From positions 1-58,986 of the forward strand of contig JBMNPD010000004.1 of NCBI GenBank assembly GCA_050943415.1: a DNA stretch of 58,986 nt. The letters are read 5' to 3'. Positions 9,369 through 18,519 of this stretch are shown here, piece by piece. A program made the position numbers and the translations under genes. Numbering within the stretch: the first letter of the stretch is position 1; each line of letters opens with the position of its first letter. Source of the stretch: Candidatus Dojkabacteria bacterium. Lineage in GTDB: Bacteria; Patescibacteriota; Dojkabacteria; SC72. The notes below the pieces were generated by a model. The model made no database searches, had not been told where the DNA came from, and was given only the letters and a program-made list of their open reading frames with translations.

Positions 9369-10310
9369 ATGGAAAACCTAATAGAAGTTCGTGGTCTTGT
9401 TAAAAAGTACAAAGAACTAACAGCCATAAATGATGTTGATTTGGATGTTAAGAAAGGTGAGATACTTGGACTACTAGGACCAAACGGTTCAGGAAAGACA
9501 ACCCTCATAAACTGCATACTATCACTCTTAGAATTTGACAAAGGAAGTGTAAAAATATATGGGGAGGAAATGACACCAGAATCATACGATATTAAGAAGA
9601 AGATAGGAGTGGTCTTTCAAGATGTTGGTGTTTTTGATGAACTAACTGTGTATGAAAATATTGATTACTTCTGTAGTTTGTATATAAATGACAAAGATAA
9701 AAGAAAACAGTATGTAGAAGATGCAATAAACTTAGTAGGACTTTCTGACTTCAAGAAGTTTGTACCTAAGAAACTCTCAGGAGGTCTTCTTAGAAGATTA
9801 AATATTGCATGTGGTATTGCACATAAACCAGAAATAATTATCTTAGATGAACCAACAGTAGCAGTAGACCCACAATCTAGAAACAATATTTTGGAAGGTA
9901 TCAAAAAACTAAACAAAAAGGGAGCAACAGTCATATATACCTCTCACTACATGGAAGAGATAGATCTCATCTGTGACTACATTGTCATTTTGGACAAAGG
10001 TAAGGTTATTGCAAAAGGAACATCGGAGTATTTGAAAGAAAGTATAGAGGTAGATGAAAAGATTAGATTTGAAACAGAAGAACTTCCACAAGAAGCATTT
10101 AAAGAAATTAAAGAAGATGAAAATACTTTAGACATACTGTGTAAAGATGGTGTATGCGAAGTAACATATACAAAAGGGCATAACAATCTAGTCAATTTGA
10201 TGAAAATATTGAATAAATATGAGGTTGAATACAAATCAATTAACTTAAGAATGCCAACCCTTAATGATGTGTTCCTAGAGTTGACAGGAAAGGACTTAAG
10301 GGATTCATAA
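9369..10310 (+). CDS. ABC transporter ATP-binding protein
   Basis: Walker A is GPNGSGKTT, the signature is LSGGLLRR and Walker B is IIILDEPT. Confidence 0.9.
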   Translation: MENLIEVRGLVKKYKELTAINDVDLDVKKGEILGLLGPNGSGKTTLINCILSLLEFDKGSVKIYGEEMTPESYDIKKKIGVVFQDVGVFDELTVYENIDYFCSLYINDKDKRKQYVEDAINLVGLSDFKKFVPKKLSGGLLRRLNIACGIAHKPEIIILDEPTVAVDPQSRNNILEGIKKLNKKGATVIYTSHYMEEIDLICDYIVILDKGKVIAKGTSEYLKESIEVDEKIRFETEELPQEAFKEIKEDENTLDILCKDGVCEVTYTKGHNNLVNLMKILNKYEVEYKSINLRMPTLNDVFLELTGKDLRDS

Positions 10311-11419
10311 TGTTTGGAAATATCTATAAAAATTCATTTAAAATTTTAGTAAGAGATAAGGCAACTGTATTTTGGACAGTCATATTTACTATTCTTTTAG
10401 CCATAATGTTTAAGATGACTTTTTCAAAGCTTGATGAGATTGATAAGTTTGAACCAGTTCCAATTTCTGTTAGTCAAAAAGTTTTTGAAGATGAATATTT
10501 TAAAACATATATCGAGGCTATGGAGAAAGAAGAGTATATTAAGTTAATAGATTTGAATGATGAGGGTGAAGAGAAGCTTTTTAAGGAGAAGAAGATAGTT
10601 GCATATATCCAAGATGAAGAGAATATTATTGTAGGAAAGAGTGTTGGAAAAATAAAAGAGACGATAATTAAATCATTGATGGATGGATATATTCAGAATA
10701 AATCAATGATTATGAATGTTCTTAAAGAGAATCCATATGCAAATATTGGAGAGTTGCTAGATTTTAAATCGTTTGTAAAAGATGAATCTAAAAAAAGTAT
10801 AGATATAGTTAGTACATATTTCTATACTTTAATTGGAATGCAAGCTCTCTATTCATATCTTTGGGGTCTTAGAGTTATGTATATGTATGAAGCGAATCTT
10901 TCTACTCAAGGGAAAAGAAATACAATTAGCCCTGTAAATAAGAAATATTCAGTACTATATTCACTCTTAGCTGCTTGGGCATTAAGTGTAATTACAAGTG
11001 TAATATGTTTGATTTTCATATCATTTATCTTGAAAGTAGATATTGGAAGTCAACTGCTAGGTATAATGACTTTGATACTTGTAGGAACACTTACAGGAGT
11101 ATCGTTTGGAGCTTTTATTGCTGTATCTAATAAACAGAATGCTGAATTTAAGAACGGTATAGGTGTTGGAGTAACTATGCTATGGAGTTTCTTTGCTGGT
11201 ATGATGTCGTCTGATGTGAAGATTCTTGTGCAAAGAAATATTCCCATTGTCAACAAGTTTAATCCTGTTGCTTTGATAACAGATGGACTGTATTCTTTGG
11301 CTGTTGATAATACATTAGATCGATTCTATGAGAATTTGTTATTTCTCTCCATCATAATTGTTCTTTTTGTGTTAGGTACTATATTTTTTGTAAGAGGTAA
11401 AAAGTATGAAAGTCTTTAA
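10310..11419 (+). CDS. ABC-2 type permease
   Basis: Has an N-terminal TM helix, a large loop and 5 C-terminal TM helices. Its start overlaps the ATPase stop. Confidence 0.7.
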   Translation: MFGNIYKNSFKILVRDKATVFWTVIFTILLAIMFKMTFSKLDEIDKFEPVPISVSQKVFEDEYFKTYIEAMEKEEYIKLIDLNDEGEEKLFKEKKIVAYIQDEENIIVGKSVGKIKETIIKSLMDGYIQNKSMIMNVLKENPYANIGELLDFKSFVKDESKKSIDIVSTYFYTLIGMQALYSYLWGLRVMYMYEANLSTQGKRNTISPVNKKYSVLYSLLAAWALSVITSVICLIFISFILKVDIGSQLLGIMTLILVGTLTGVSFGAFIAVSNKQNAEFKNGIGVGVTMLWSFFAGMMSSDVKILVQRNIPIVNKFNPVALITDGLYSLAVDNTLDRFYENLLFLSIIIVLFVLGTIFFVRGKKYESL

Positions 11420-12518
11420 AAATTATTTTAAAATAGTAAATAAACATAAGCTTACTGTAGGAATGTATTTCATAATATTTGCTGTTGTTGTCTTTGGAGT
11501 TGCTCAAAATGCTAAGGAACAGGGAGAAAAGTTTGAGGCATACAAACCATCAATATATTTTAAGAATGATAGTGATTCCATAAAAGGTAAGAAGTTAGAA
11601 GAAGTTTTGCAGGATTATACTGTTTTCAATAAGGAGGTAACTGATGATACAGCTGAAGATGAGTTGAATTATCAAACTATTTCAGCAATTGTAACAGTTC
11701 CTGAGAATTTTGAAGATAATGAAGAGGTAAAGTTGAAGATTACTCCAAATAGTGGAACAGGTTTTTTGGTATCACAAACTATTGATAATTTTCTAAACAA
11801 GGTTAGCTCATATGAAAAAGCTAATATCAATGAAGAGAAGGCTTTGGAGTTAGCAGCAGAAGATATTAAGAAAGAGGTAAATGTTGAATATTTGAAAGAT
11901 CAAAAGAATAGTGATTACGGTATACAGACATATTTCAATATGATTAACTACACCATAATGGCACAAGTAATACTTGTGGTAACTATGCTTATGGCTGTAT
12001 TTAACAAAAAGCAAATTGCTGATAGAAATAATGTATCACCAATATCTAAATCTAGATTTACATTTGAACTTACATCTGGTCATTTAGTTGTATCTTTCTT
12101 AATATGGCTTTCATATATTTTAGTTTTTGGTTTTATGTGGCCAGAGGCAATAGGACTGACATCAACCTATATGATGATGGTTAATAGCTTGATCTTTACA
12201 GTAGTTGTAACTTCTCTTGCTGTATTACTCTCTAACTTACTTAAGAGTGATGGTGCTATTCATGGTGTGATGAATACAATATCTTTAGGGTCATCTTTTT
12301 TATGTGGTGCATTTGTTCCTCAGGAGTTTATTAACAAAACAGTGTTGAATATTAGTAAGATATTTCCATCGTATTACTATATTAGGAACAATAATCTGAT
12401 AGCGACAGATTCTGAGAATACAGAGATTATTAGAAATACAATCATTATGTTAGCTTTTATGATCGGATTCATAGCTATTAATATATTGATAAAGTCTAGG
12501 AAGAAGAAAGCAAATTAA
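11406..12518 (+). CDS. ABC-2 type permease (second subunit)
   Basis: Same architecture as the preceding permease, with a 14-nt overlap. Confidence 0.7.
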   Translation: MKVFKNYFKIVNKHKLTVGMYFIIFAVVVFGVAQNAKEQGEKFEAYKPSIYFKNDSDSIKGKKLEEVLQDYTVFNKEVTDDTAEDELNYQTISAIVTVPENFEDNEEVKLKITPNSGTGFLVSQTIDNFLNKVSSYEKANINEEKALELAAEDIKKEVNVEYLKDQKNSDYGIQTYFNMINYTIMAQVILVVTMLMAVFNKKQIADRNNVSPISKSRFTFELTSGHLVVSFLIWLSYILVFGFMWPEAIGLTSTYMMMVNSLIFTVVVTSLAVLLSNLLKSDGAIHGVMNTISLGSSFLCGAFVPQEFINKTVLNISKIFPSYYYIRNNNLIATDSENTEIIRNTIIMLAFMIGFIAINILIKSRKKKAN

Positions 12519-12525
12519 AAAGATA

Positions 12526-12534
12526 TGGTATAAT
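12526..12534 (+). promoter_or_regulatory. extended -10 promoter TGgTATAAT
   Basis: TG is at 12526-12527 and TATAAT at 12529-12534. The ATG at 12544 is only 9 nt downstream, implying a leaderless or near-leaderless mRNA. Confidence 0.4.
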
Positions 12535-12543
12535 GCGCCATTT

Positions 12544-13644
12544 ATGGTAGAGTTAGAAAATTTTGCAAAAGGCGATATACATTTTCCAAACGAAACAGAT
12601 GGCATCGAATGTGGTTCGCCAGACTATATGGAAAATATAAATCTAGAAATAAAGGAGTATTTTAATATACTAGAACCAGACTTCCCCTATTGGTTAAATG
12701 AATATATAAATACGGATATCTTACTAAGACAACAATATATTAGTCCTACCTGTGGCACCATATATTCTGATTTATTTGAGAGCGAATTCTTTTTTTCAAA
12801 TTTAGATCATTCTATTGGTGTTGCTCTTGTTTGTTGGCATTTTACACATAACAAGAAGATTACATTGGCAGGACTATTTCATGATGTTGCAACTCCTGTG
12901 TTTAAACACTCGATAGATTTTTTAAAAGGTGATCATATGACACAAGAATCTACTGAGGAATTAACTTCAGAAATAATATCCAGTTCTGATGAAGTAATGT
13001 CATTGTTAAGAAGAGATAATATTCAGTTATCTGAAATAGATGACTATCACATATATCCAATAGCAGATAATGATGAACCGATGTTGTCATCTGATAGGCT
13101 TGAGTATTCTTTGTCAAACGGTTTGTTTTTCTACAATTTATTAGGTATGGATAAAATCAAAGAGATATATAATGATATTGGAATACAGGTTAATGAAAAT
13201 GGGGTAGAAGAATTTGGATTTAAAGACAAAGATATAGCTAGGGAATTTGTCAAAGTGACGAGCAAACTATCAATAATATATCGTGAAGATAGGTCAAGGT
13301 ATACTTTACAATTCTTAGCAGACATAATTAAAAAGCTACATGAAAAGGATGTCATTACAGAATCAGATTTATATACCCTAAAGGAGTCAGAAGTAATAGA
13401 TATTATAGAGAATTCAAAGTATTCGGATGTATTTAAAATATGGAAGACAGCAAAAAAGGTTAAGACGTCAAAAAAGAAACCTAACAATGTATATTCTGTG
13501 AACACAGGTGCTAAGATTAGATATATAGATCCTTTAGTTAATGGAGTCCGAATTTCAGAAATATGTAAAGAATCGGATAGAATGATTAAAGAGACTTTGT
13601 CATACGATGTGAGTAACTATGTATATTTGGATTTTGATTTTTAG
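12544..13644 (+). CDS. HD-domain phosphohydrolase, SAMHD1/COG1078-like motif order
   Basis: Motifs run in the order NLDHSIGV, then GLFHDVATPVFKH, then SSDRLEYSLSNG (compare HSxGV / HDxGHxPFSH / DxxDYxxRD). Confidence 0.55.
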   Translation: MVELENFAKGDIHFPNETDGIECGSPDYMENINLEIKEYFNILEPDFPYWLNEYINTDILLRQQYISPTCGTIYSDLFESEFFFSNLDHSIGVALVCWHFTHNKKITLAGLFHDVATPVFKHSIDFLKGDHMTQESTEELTSEIISSSDEVMSLLRRDNIQLSEIDDYHIYPIADNDEPMLSSDRLEYSLSNGLFFYNLLGMDKIKEIYNDIGIQVNENGVEEFGFKDKDIAREFVKVTSKLSIIYREDRSRYTLQFLADIIKKLHEKDVITESDLYTLKESEVIDIIENSKYSDVFKIWKTAKKVKTSKKKPNNVYSVNTGAKIRYIDPLVNGVRISEICKESDRMIKETLSYDVSNYVYLDFDF

Positions 13645-13827
13645 AATATTCAGAAGAAAGTTATCAAGTAAATATCTACTTAATATAACAGAAAAAATAT
13701 AAAACGTTGTTAATTAGATAGAACTTGTATAACAGTATTTCTATCTCTATGGGTTTCTTGACACACTATAAACCCTATACTATCCTAGATAAACAGTAAT
13801 GTCATTAAATATATTACCCTATTTACC

Positions 13828-14346
13828 ATGGCTGTAAAAAGAAAGAAAAAAGATGAATTGATACCTACAAGAAGAAGTGTACATGTAATATTCCTTTCCT
13901 GTCCACATTGTGGTAATGAAATAGACGATATAAAACTATGTCCAGAGTGTGGTGAGCCGATGAAAGTAATTGATATTGTAGAGAAGTTTGGAGATGATGC
14001 AGAGAGATTCTTAGAAAGAGCTAAAAAACGATTAGAAAAAAGTAAAGAGAATATCTCGCAGGAGGAAGAAGAAGAGGAGTTTGAAAGTATTGATAAAGAG
14101 GAACCCAATATTATCTTAATGGGAGATGAAAATTTTGATGAAGATGATGGAGGAATAGATGCCTCTGTACAAGTAGAAGATGGCTCTCTTGATGTTATCT
14201 TTCCAGATGACGAAGAACATGCTAAACCAATAATACCTGCAGGAGATGATCTAACTAAAGCTTTAGAGCAGTTAGATACAGAAGAGGAAGAGAATATTAC
14301 TGCAGAAGATTTCGGTTTTGATGATGGAGAAATTCCTGAATTGTAG
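13828..14346 (+). CDS. zinc-ribbon protein with long acidic tail
   Basis: Has CPHCGN...CPECGE (CxxC-x11-CxxC), then an E/D-rich disordered region ending EDFGFDDGEIPEL. Confidence 0.6.
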   Translation: MAVKRKKKDELIPTRRSVHVIFLSCPHCGNEIDDIKLCPECGEPMKVIDIVEKFGDDAERFLERAKKRLEKSKENISQEEEEEEFESIDKEEPNIILMGDENFDEDDGGIDASVQVEDGSLDVIFPDDEEHAKPIIPAGDDLTKALEQLDTEEEENITAEDFGFDDGEIPEL

Positions 14347-14455
14347 TATTCATTAGAAAAAAGTTGAATGCAATTTATCCAAGTATTTGCTAGAATTGAA
14401 ACTAGAATTTTGTTGTAGAAATCCTGCGCTTTAACTTAATTAAACAAGGATATAT

Positions 14456-14932
14456 ATGAATGAAATAGTTATTAGAGATGCAAGAGAAGAAGATATTAAC
14501 ACTGTCTTCGAACTAGGAAAGAACATTAGTGGTTTTGAAGTTTCCGAAGAGATTATAAGTTTTTGGCCTATACAACTATTAAGAAACTCTGTAGGAAAAG
14601 AAGATGTAGTCTTTTTAATTATTGAGAAAGAAGGTAATTTAATAGGTTTTATTATTGTTAATCTAAACTATTCATTATCAAAAGGAGAAGTAGAAGATAT
14701 CTTCATCATAGAACCAGAAAGAAATAAGGGTTATGGAACTATGTTGTTGCAAAAATCAATAGAAATTACTAGGAATAGAGGAGTCATTTACAAAATAGAA
14801 TATGTAAATGCTTTAACCAATACTGCAGAGGGCTTCTTCGAAAAGAATGGCTTTATTAGAGGTAATGTCTTTACTTGGTTCAGCTTACCTTTAACAGATA
14901 TTTTCAAAAGAGCATCTAGGGAAAATCTCTGA
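14456..14932 (+). CDS. GNAT family N-acetyltransferase
   Basis: 158 aa. The acetyl-CoA binding region is ERNKGYGTMLLQKSIE (R/QxxGxG/A type). Confidence 0.75.
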   Translation: MNEIVIRDAREEDINTVFELGKNISGFEVSEEIISFWPIQLLRNSVGKEDVVFLIIEKEGNLIGFIIVNLNYSLSKGEVEDIFIIEPERNKGYGTMLLQKSIEITRNRGVIYKIEYVNALTNTAEGFFEKNGFIRGNVFTWFSLPLTDIFKRASRENL

Positions 14933-14950
14933 CAAATACAAAAAATACTG

Positions 14951-14956
14951 TATAAT
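14951..14956 (+). promoter_or_regulatory. -10 box TATAAT placed 5 nt before a start codon (leaderless candidate)
   Basis: TATAAT is at 14951-14956 and the ATG at 14962. There is no Shine-Dalgarno sequence. Confidence 0.4.
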
Positions 14957-14961
14957 ATCGT

Positions 14962-16131
14962 ATGTCAGATATCTCTTCATTATTTCCAAAAGTAGCCATA
15001 GTCGCAGACCAGATGACTGCATTTGGTGGAGCAGACAGAGAAATGTACTCTATGCTAAAAGTCTTACCTCATGTAGATATCTTTACAATCATATTCAACA
15101 AAGAAAAATATCCTACCTTAAAAAACAAAGTATATACTACATTTGTTCAAAAACTCTCAAAATTCTTACCAAAAGGATTCTACAGACACCTAAAAGTACT
15201 AACACCAATAGCGTATGAAAGTATAGATCTAGAAGGATATGACCTAGTAATATCAATATCGGCTGGACCTGCTAAAGGAGTCATAACAAGCCTAGACCAA
15301 CCACACCTAGCAATGGTAATGACACCTCCTAGAAGCCTCTGGGACAAAGAACTAAATGTAAGAGGATCAAAGCTTAAATCACTCTACAAAGGACTCTCAA
15401 ATATTCTAAATACATACATGAGAGTTTGGGACTACTCGATATCAAAAAGAGTAGATTACTGGAGTGCCAACTCTAACTTTATTAAACGAAAAATCAAAAA
15501 AACATACCAACAAGATGCAGAAGTAATCTATCCAGGAGTAGAAAAGAAATATTTTGCAAAAGTATCAAAAGAAAGAATTGAAAAGATAAAAGAGAGATAC
15601 AGTTTACCTGAGAAATTCTTCCTAGTAGTATCTAGACTCTACGATTACAAGAGAGTAGATCTTGCCATAAATGCATCAATCAAAGCAAAAAAACAGTTGT
15701 ACATAATAGGGGAAGGACCAGACAAAAAGTATTTGGAAAAAATTGCTGGCGAAAACAACAACATACACTTTTTAGGATTTCTACCAAGTGATGATGATGT
15801 AATTGTATTTTACAAATTAGCAGAAGCCTTACTCTTCTGTGGTATAGAAGATTTTGGACTAACACCAGTCGAAGCTATGGCATCAGGTACTCCTGTGATA
15901 GCGTATGAATATGGAGGAGTATTAGAAACAGTAAAAGAGAATATCACAGGACAGTTCTTCTCTAATGAAGATGAGTTAACAACAATCCTTAAAGATTTTG
16001 ACAAAACAAGATATAATCAGGATAAGATTATAAAACAAGCTAAAACATTTTCAGAAGAGGAATTCATAATTAACTTCACTAAATATTTAAAATACATATA
16101 TGAGCAAGAAAACGCCAAAAAAAACGCCTAA
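14962..16131 (+). CDS. glycosyltransferase family 4
   Basis: Has the EDFGLTPVEAMASGTPVIA (E-x7-E region) GT-B C-terminal signature. Confidence 0.85.
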   Translation: MSDISSLFPKVAIVADQMTAFGGADREMYSMLKVLPHVDIFTIIFNKEKYPTLKNKVYTTFVQKLSKFLPKGFYRHLKVLTPIAYESIDLEGYDLVISISAGPAKGVITSLDQPHLAMVMTPPRSLWDKELNVRGSKLKSLYKGLSNILNTYMRVWDYSISKRVDYWSANSNFIKRKIKKTYQQDAEVIYPGVEKKYFAKVSKERIEKIKERYSLPEKFFLVVSRLYDYKRVDLAINASIKAKKQLYIIGEGPDKKYLEKIAGENNNIHFLGFLPSDDDVIVFYKLAEALLFCGIEDFGLTPVEAMASGTPVIAYEYGGVLETVKENITGQFFSNEDELTTILKDFDKTRYNQDKIIKQAKTFSEEEFIINFTKYLKYIYEQENAKKNA

Positions 16132-17290
16132 AGAGAGTAATTTAAGAGTAGCAATATCCTGTGAACCTCTCTACAAAAAAGGTGGAGCAGAAGTACATCT
16201 GCGACACATTATTAACACCTTTCCAAATTGTGAACTGTTTACTGCATATTACGATGAAGAATTTGTTAAAGAGTATTTCTCTGATGTAAAAATCAATCAC
16301 TCTTTCATGCAGTATCTACCTAAAAGAGATAAACTACGAGAGGTATATCTACTGTTACAGCCTCTTGCTTACGGATCTTTCAAATTCAAAGGTTTTGATA
16401 TAGTTCTTTCTCTTTCCATAGCATTTTCTAGATTTGTAAAAAGTAAAGATATTAAACATATAAACCTATGTATGTCTCCACCAAAGTTTTTGTGGCAGAA
16501 AAGTGATAGAACATTGAAAAGTAAAGAACAATTAACAGGTTTTAAAAAGTTCCTCTTTAAAATATATTCTTTCTTTCAAGATACATTCCTAGAGGATATC
16601 TGGAAGAAATGGGATAGAGAGTCTGCACAGAGATGTACAAAAATAATAGCTAATTCTAAGGTTGTTAAGAAGAGAATTAAGAAGTTCTACGATATGGATT
16701 CAGATGTCATATATCCACCTGTAGATGTATCAGGTATCCAATCAATAAAGCCTGTAAACAGAAAAGAAAATTGGTTTCTGTATATGGGAAGAGTAGAAAC
16801 ATACAAAGGCGTTAAGTTAGCAATCGATGCATGTGTAGGTTTAGGATATCCTCTTAAAATAGCAGGAAGTGGTGCTGATTTAGAAGCTATGAGAGAACAT
16901 GTAAAGAAGTTAAATGCTAAAGGATTAGTCAAATTCTTAGGTTTTGTATCAGAGGAAGAGAAACTAGATCTTCTTCTTAAAGCTAAAGCCTTAATATTCC
17001 CCGTTCGAGGAGAAGATTTCGGTATAGTCCCTGTTGAAGCAAATGCTGCAGGTACTCCTGTCATAGCGTACAGAGATGGTGGTGTAACAGAAACAATTTC
17101 AGAGAAGAATCCTAAGACAGGTGTATTCTTTGATGAATACAACAAGAAATCTCTAATGAAAGTAATGAAGAATTTCAATACAGAGGATTACAGTCAAGAG
17201 AATTGTAGGAAACAAGCTCAAAATTTTGCTTCTGAAATATTTGAATATAAATTGCTAAATTATGTAAAAGATGCCTTACATAGTAATTAA
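16100..17290 (+). CDS. glycosyltransferase family 4
   Basis: Has GEDFGIVPVEANAAGTPVIA. It overlaps the previous GT4 gene by 32 nt. Confidence 0.85.
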   Translation: MSKKTPKKTPKESNLRVAISCEPLYKKGGAEVHLRHIINTFPNCELFTAYYDEEFVKEYFSDVKINHSFMQYLPKRDKLREVYLLLQPLAYGSFKFKGFDIVLSLSIAFSRFVKSKDIKHINLCMSPPKFLWQKSDRTLKSKEQLTGFKKFLFKIYSFFQDTFLEDIWKKWDRESAQRCTKIIANSKVVKKRIKKFYDMDSDVIYPPVDVSGIQSIKPVNRKENWFLYMGRVETYKGVKLAIDACVGLGYPLKIAGSGADLEAMREHVKKLNAKGLVKFLGFVSEEEKLDLLLKAKALIFPVRGEDFGIVPVEANAAGTPVIAYRDGGVTETISEKNPKTGVFFDEYNKKSLMKVMKNFNTEDYSQENCRKQAQNFASEIFEYKLLNYVKDALHSN

Positions 17291-17918
17291 GAGATTATTT
17301 GATGTTATTCTTGCATTCGTTTTGTTAATAATATTCTCTCCTCTACTTTTACTTACAGCACTATCTATCTGGTTGTATGATGGAGGACCTGTATTTGTAG
17401 AAAATCCTAAAAGAATAGGTAAGGGTGGGAACAAGTTCTTTATGTACAAATTTAGAAGTATGATAGTGGATGCACATAACAAGATTGAGAAAGATGAGGC
17501 TTACAAAAGTAAGAAGATTGCTAAGATGAAAAACTGTAACAAAATATCTAGCAATGATAGGGAGTTAGTAACAAGCGTAGGTAGAGTAATAAGGAAGATA
17601 GATTTAGACGAACTACCTCAATTGATCAATGTATTAAAAGGAGAGATGTCGATAGTTGGTCCAAGACCTTCATATGAAGATGAGTTGAAGATACACTTTT
17701 CTAAATTTCCTAAGGACAGAAAATTACTGAAAAATATTTGGAAAGTAAAACCAGGTATTACAGGTATATGGCAAGTATCAGGAAGAAACGATATTAAATT
17801 ACATGATAGGTTTAAAATGGAAAGTGAGTATAGTAAAAAACAAAATCTAATTACTGATATGAAGATACTGTTGAAAACACCGTATGTAGTATTTACAAGG
17901 AAAGGAGCATATGAGTAA
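17271..17918 (+). CDS. polyprenyl-phosphate sugar phosphotransferase (bacterial sugar transferase family)
   Basis: Has KRLFDVILAF, GKGGNKFFMYKFRSM and DELPQLINVLKGEMSIVGPRP. Confidence 0.85.
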   Translation: MPYIVIKRLFDVILAFVLLIIFSPLLLLTALSIWLYDGGPVFVENPKRIGKGGNKFFMYKFRSMIVDAHNKIEKDEAYKSKKIAKMKNCNKISSNDRELVTSVGRVIRKIDLDELPQLINVLKGEMSIVGPRPSYEDELKIHFSKFPKDRKLLKNIWKVKPGITGIWQVSGRNDIKLHDRFKMESEYSKKQNLITDMKILLKTPYVVFTRKGAYE

Positions 17919-18519
17919 AGATATAGTTACTGTTATTAAATCAGTTAATTATTCAGAAGCAGACAAGATATTGACTGTTTTTGGAAAAAATTCAGGTAAA
18001 TTTACTCTGTTTGCTAAAGGAATTCGTAAGATTAACAGTAAGAATAGGGGAAATATGCAAACTCTCAGTAGTAGCAAAATATCTTACTACGAAGGTAGAG
18101 GAATGCCACTTCTGACAGAGTCTGAACTAATATACTCTCTTGATTTTGATAAATTAGAAGTGGAGAATGTAAGAAGAGTACTGTTTATGCTAAATAAATT
18201 TCTTCAGGAGTACGATTCATATCCACAGTTATTTGATTCTCTGCAAAGAGCATTAAAGAACAATTTAGATGATAGGGCTACAAATAAATTAAGGATTATT
18301 TTTCTAAAAGAAATGGGCTTCCTAGGTGACTTCTCTTCATGTAGTTGTTGTGGTAGCAAAAAAAGATTATCATATTTATCAAGACAAGATTTTGCACTTC
18401 TTTGTGAAAATTGCTACAGTAAACAAAGTGGATACTTTCTTGGTGATGATCCATATGCTTCTTCAGATTTAACCAAGAGTCTTGATAGATATATTAAAAA
18501 AATAGTAGAGGAGATTTAA
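17911..18519 (+). CDS. recO: DNA repair protein RecO
   Basis: Has an N-terminal OB-fold pattern (VIKSVNYSEADKILTVFGKNSGKFTLFAKG) and a C-terminal Cys4 cluster (CSCCGS...CENC). Confidence 0.7.
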   Translation: MSKDIVTVIKSVNYSEADKILTVFGKNSGKFTLFAKGIRKINSKNRGNMQTLSSSKISYYEGRGMPLLTESELIYSLDFDKLEVENVRRVLFMLNKFLQEYDSYPQLFDSLQRALKNNLDDRATNKLRIIFLKEMGFLGDFSSCSCCGSKKRLSYLSRQDFALLCENCYSKQSGYFLGDDPYASSDLTKSLDRYIKKIVEEI

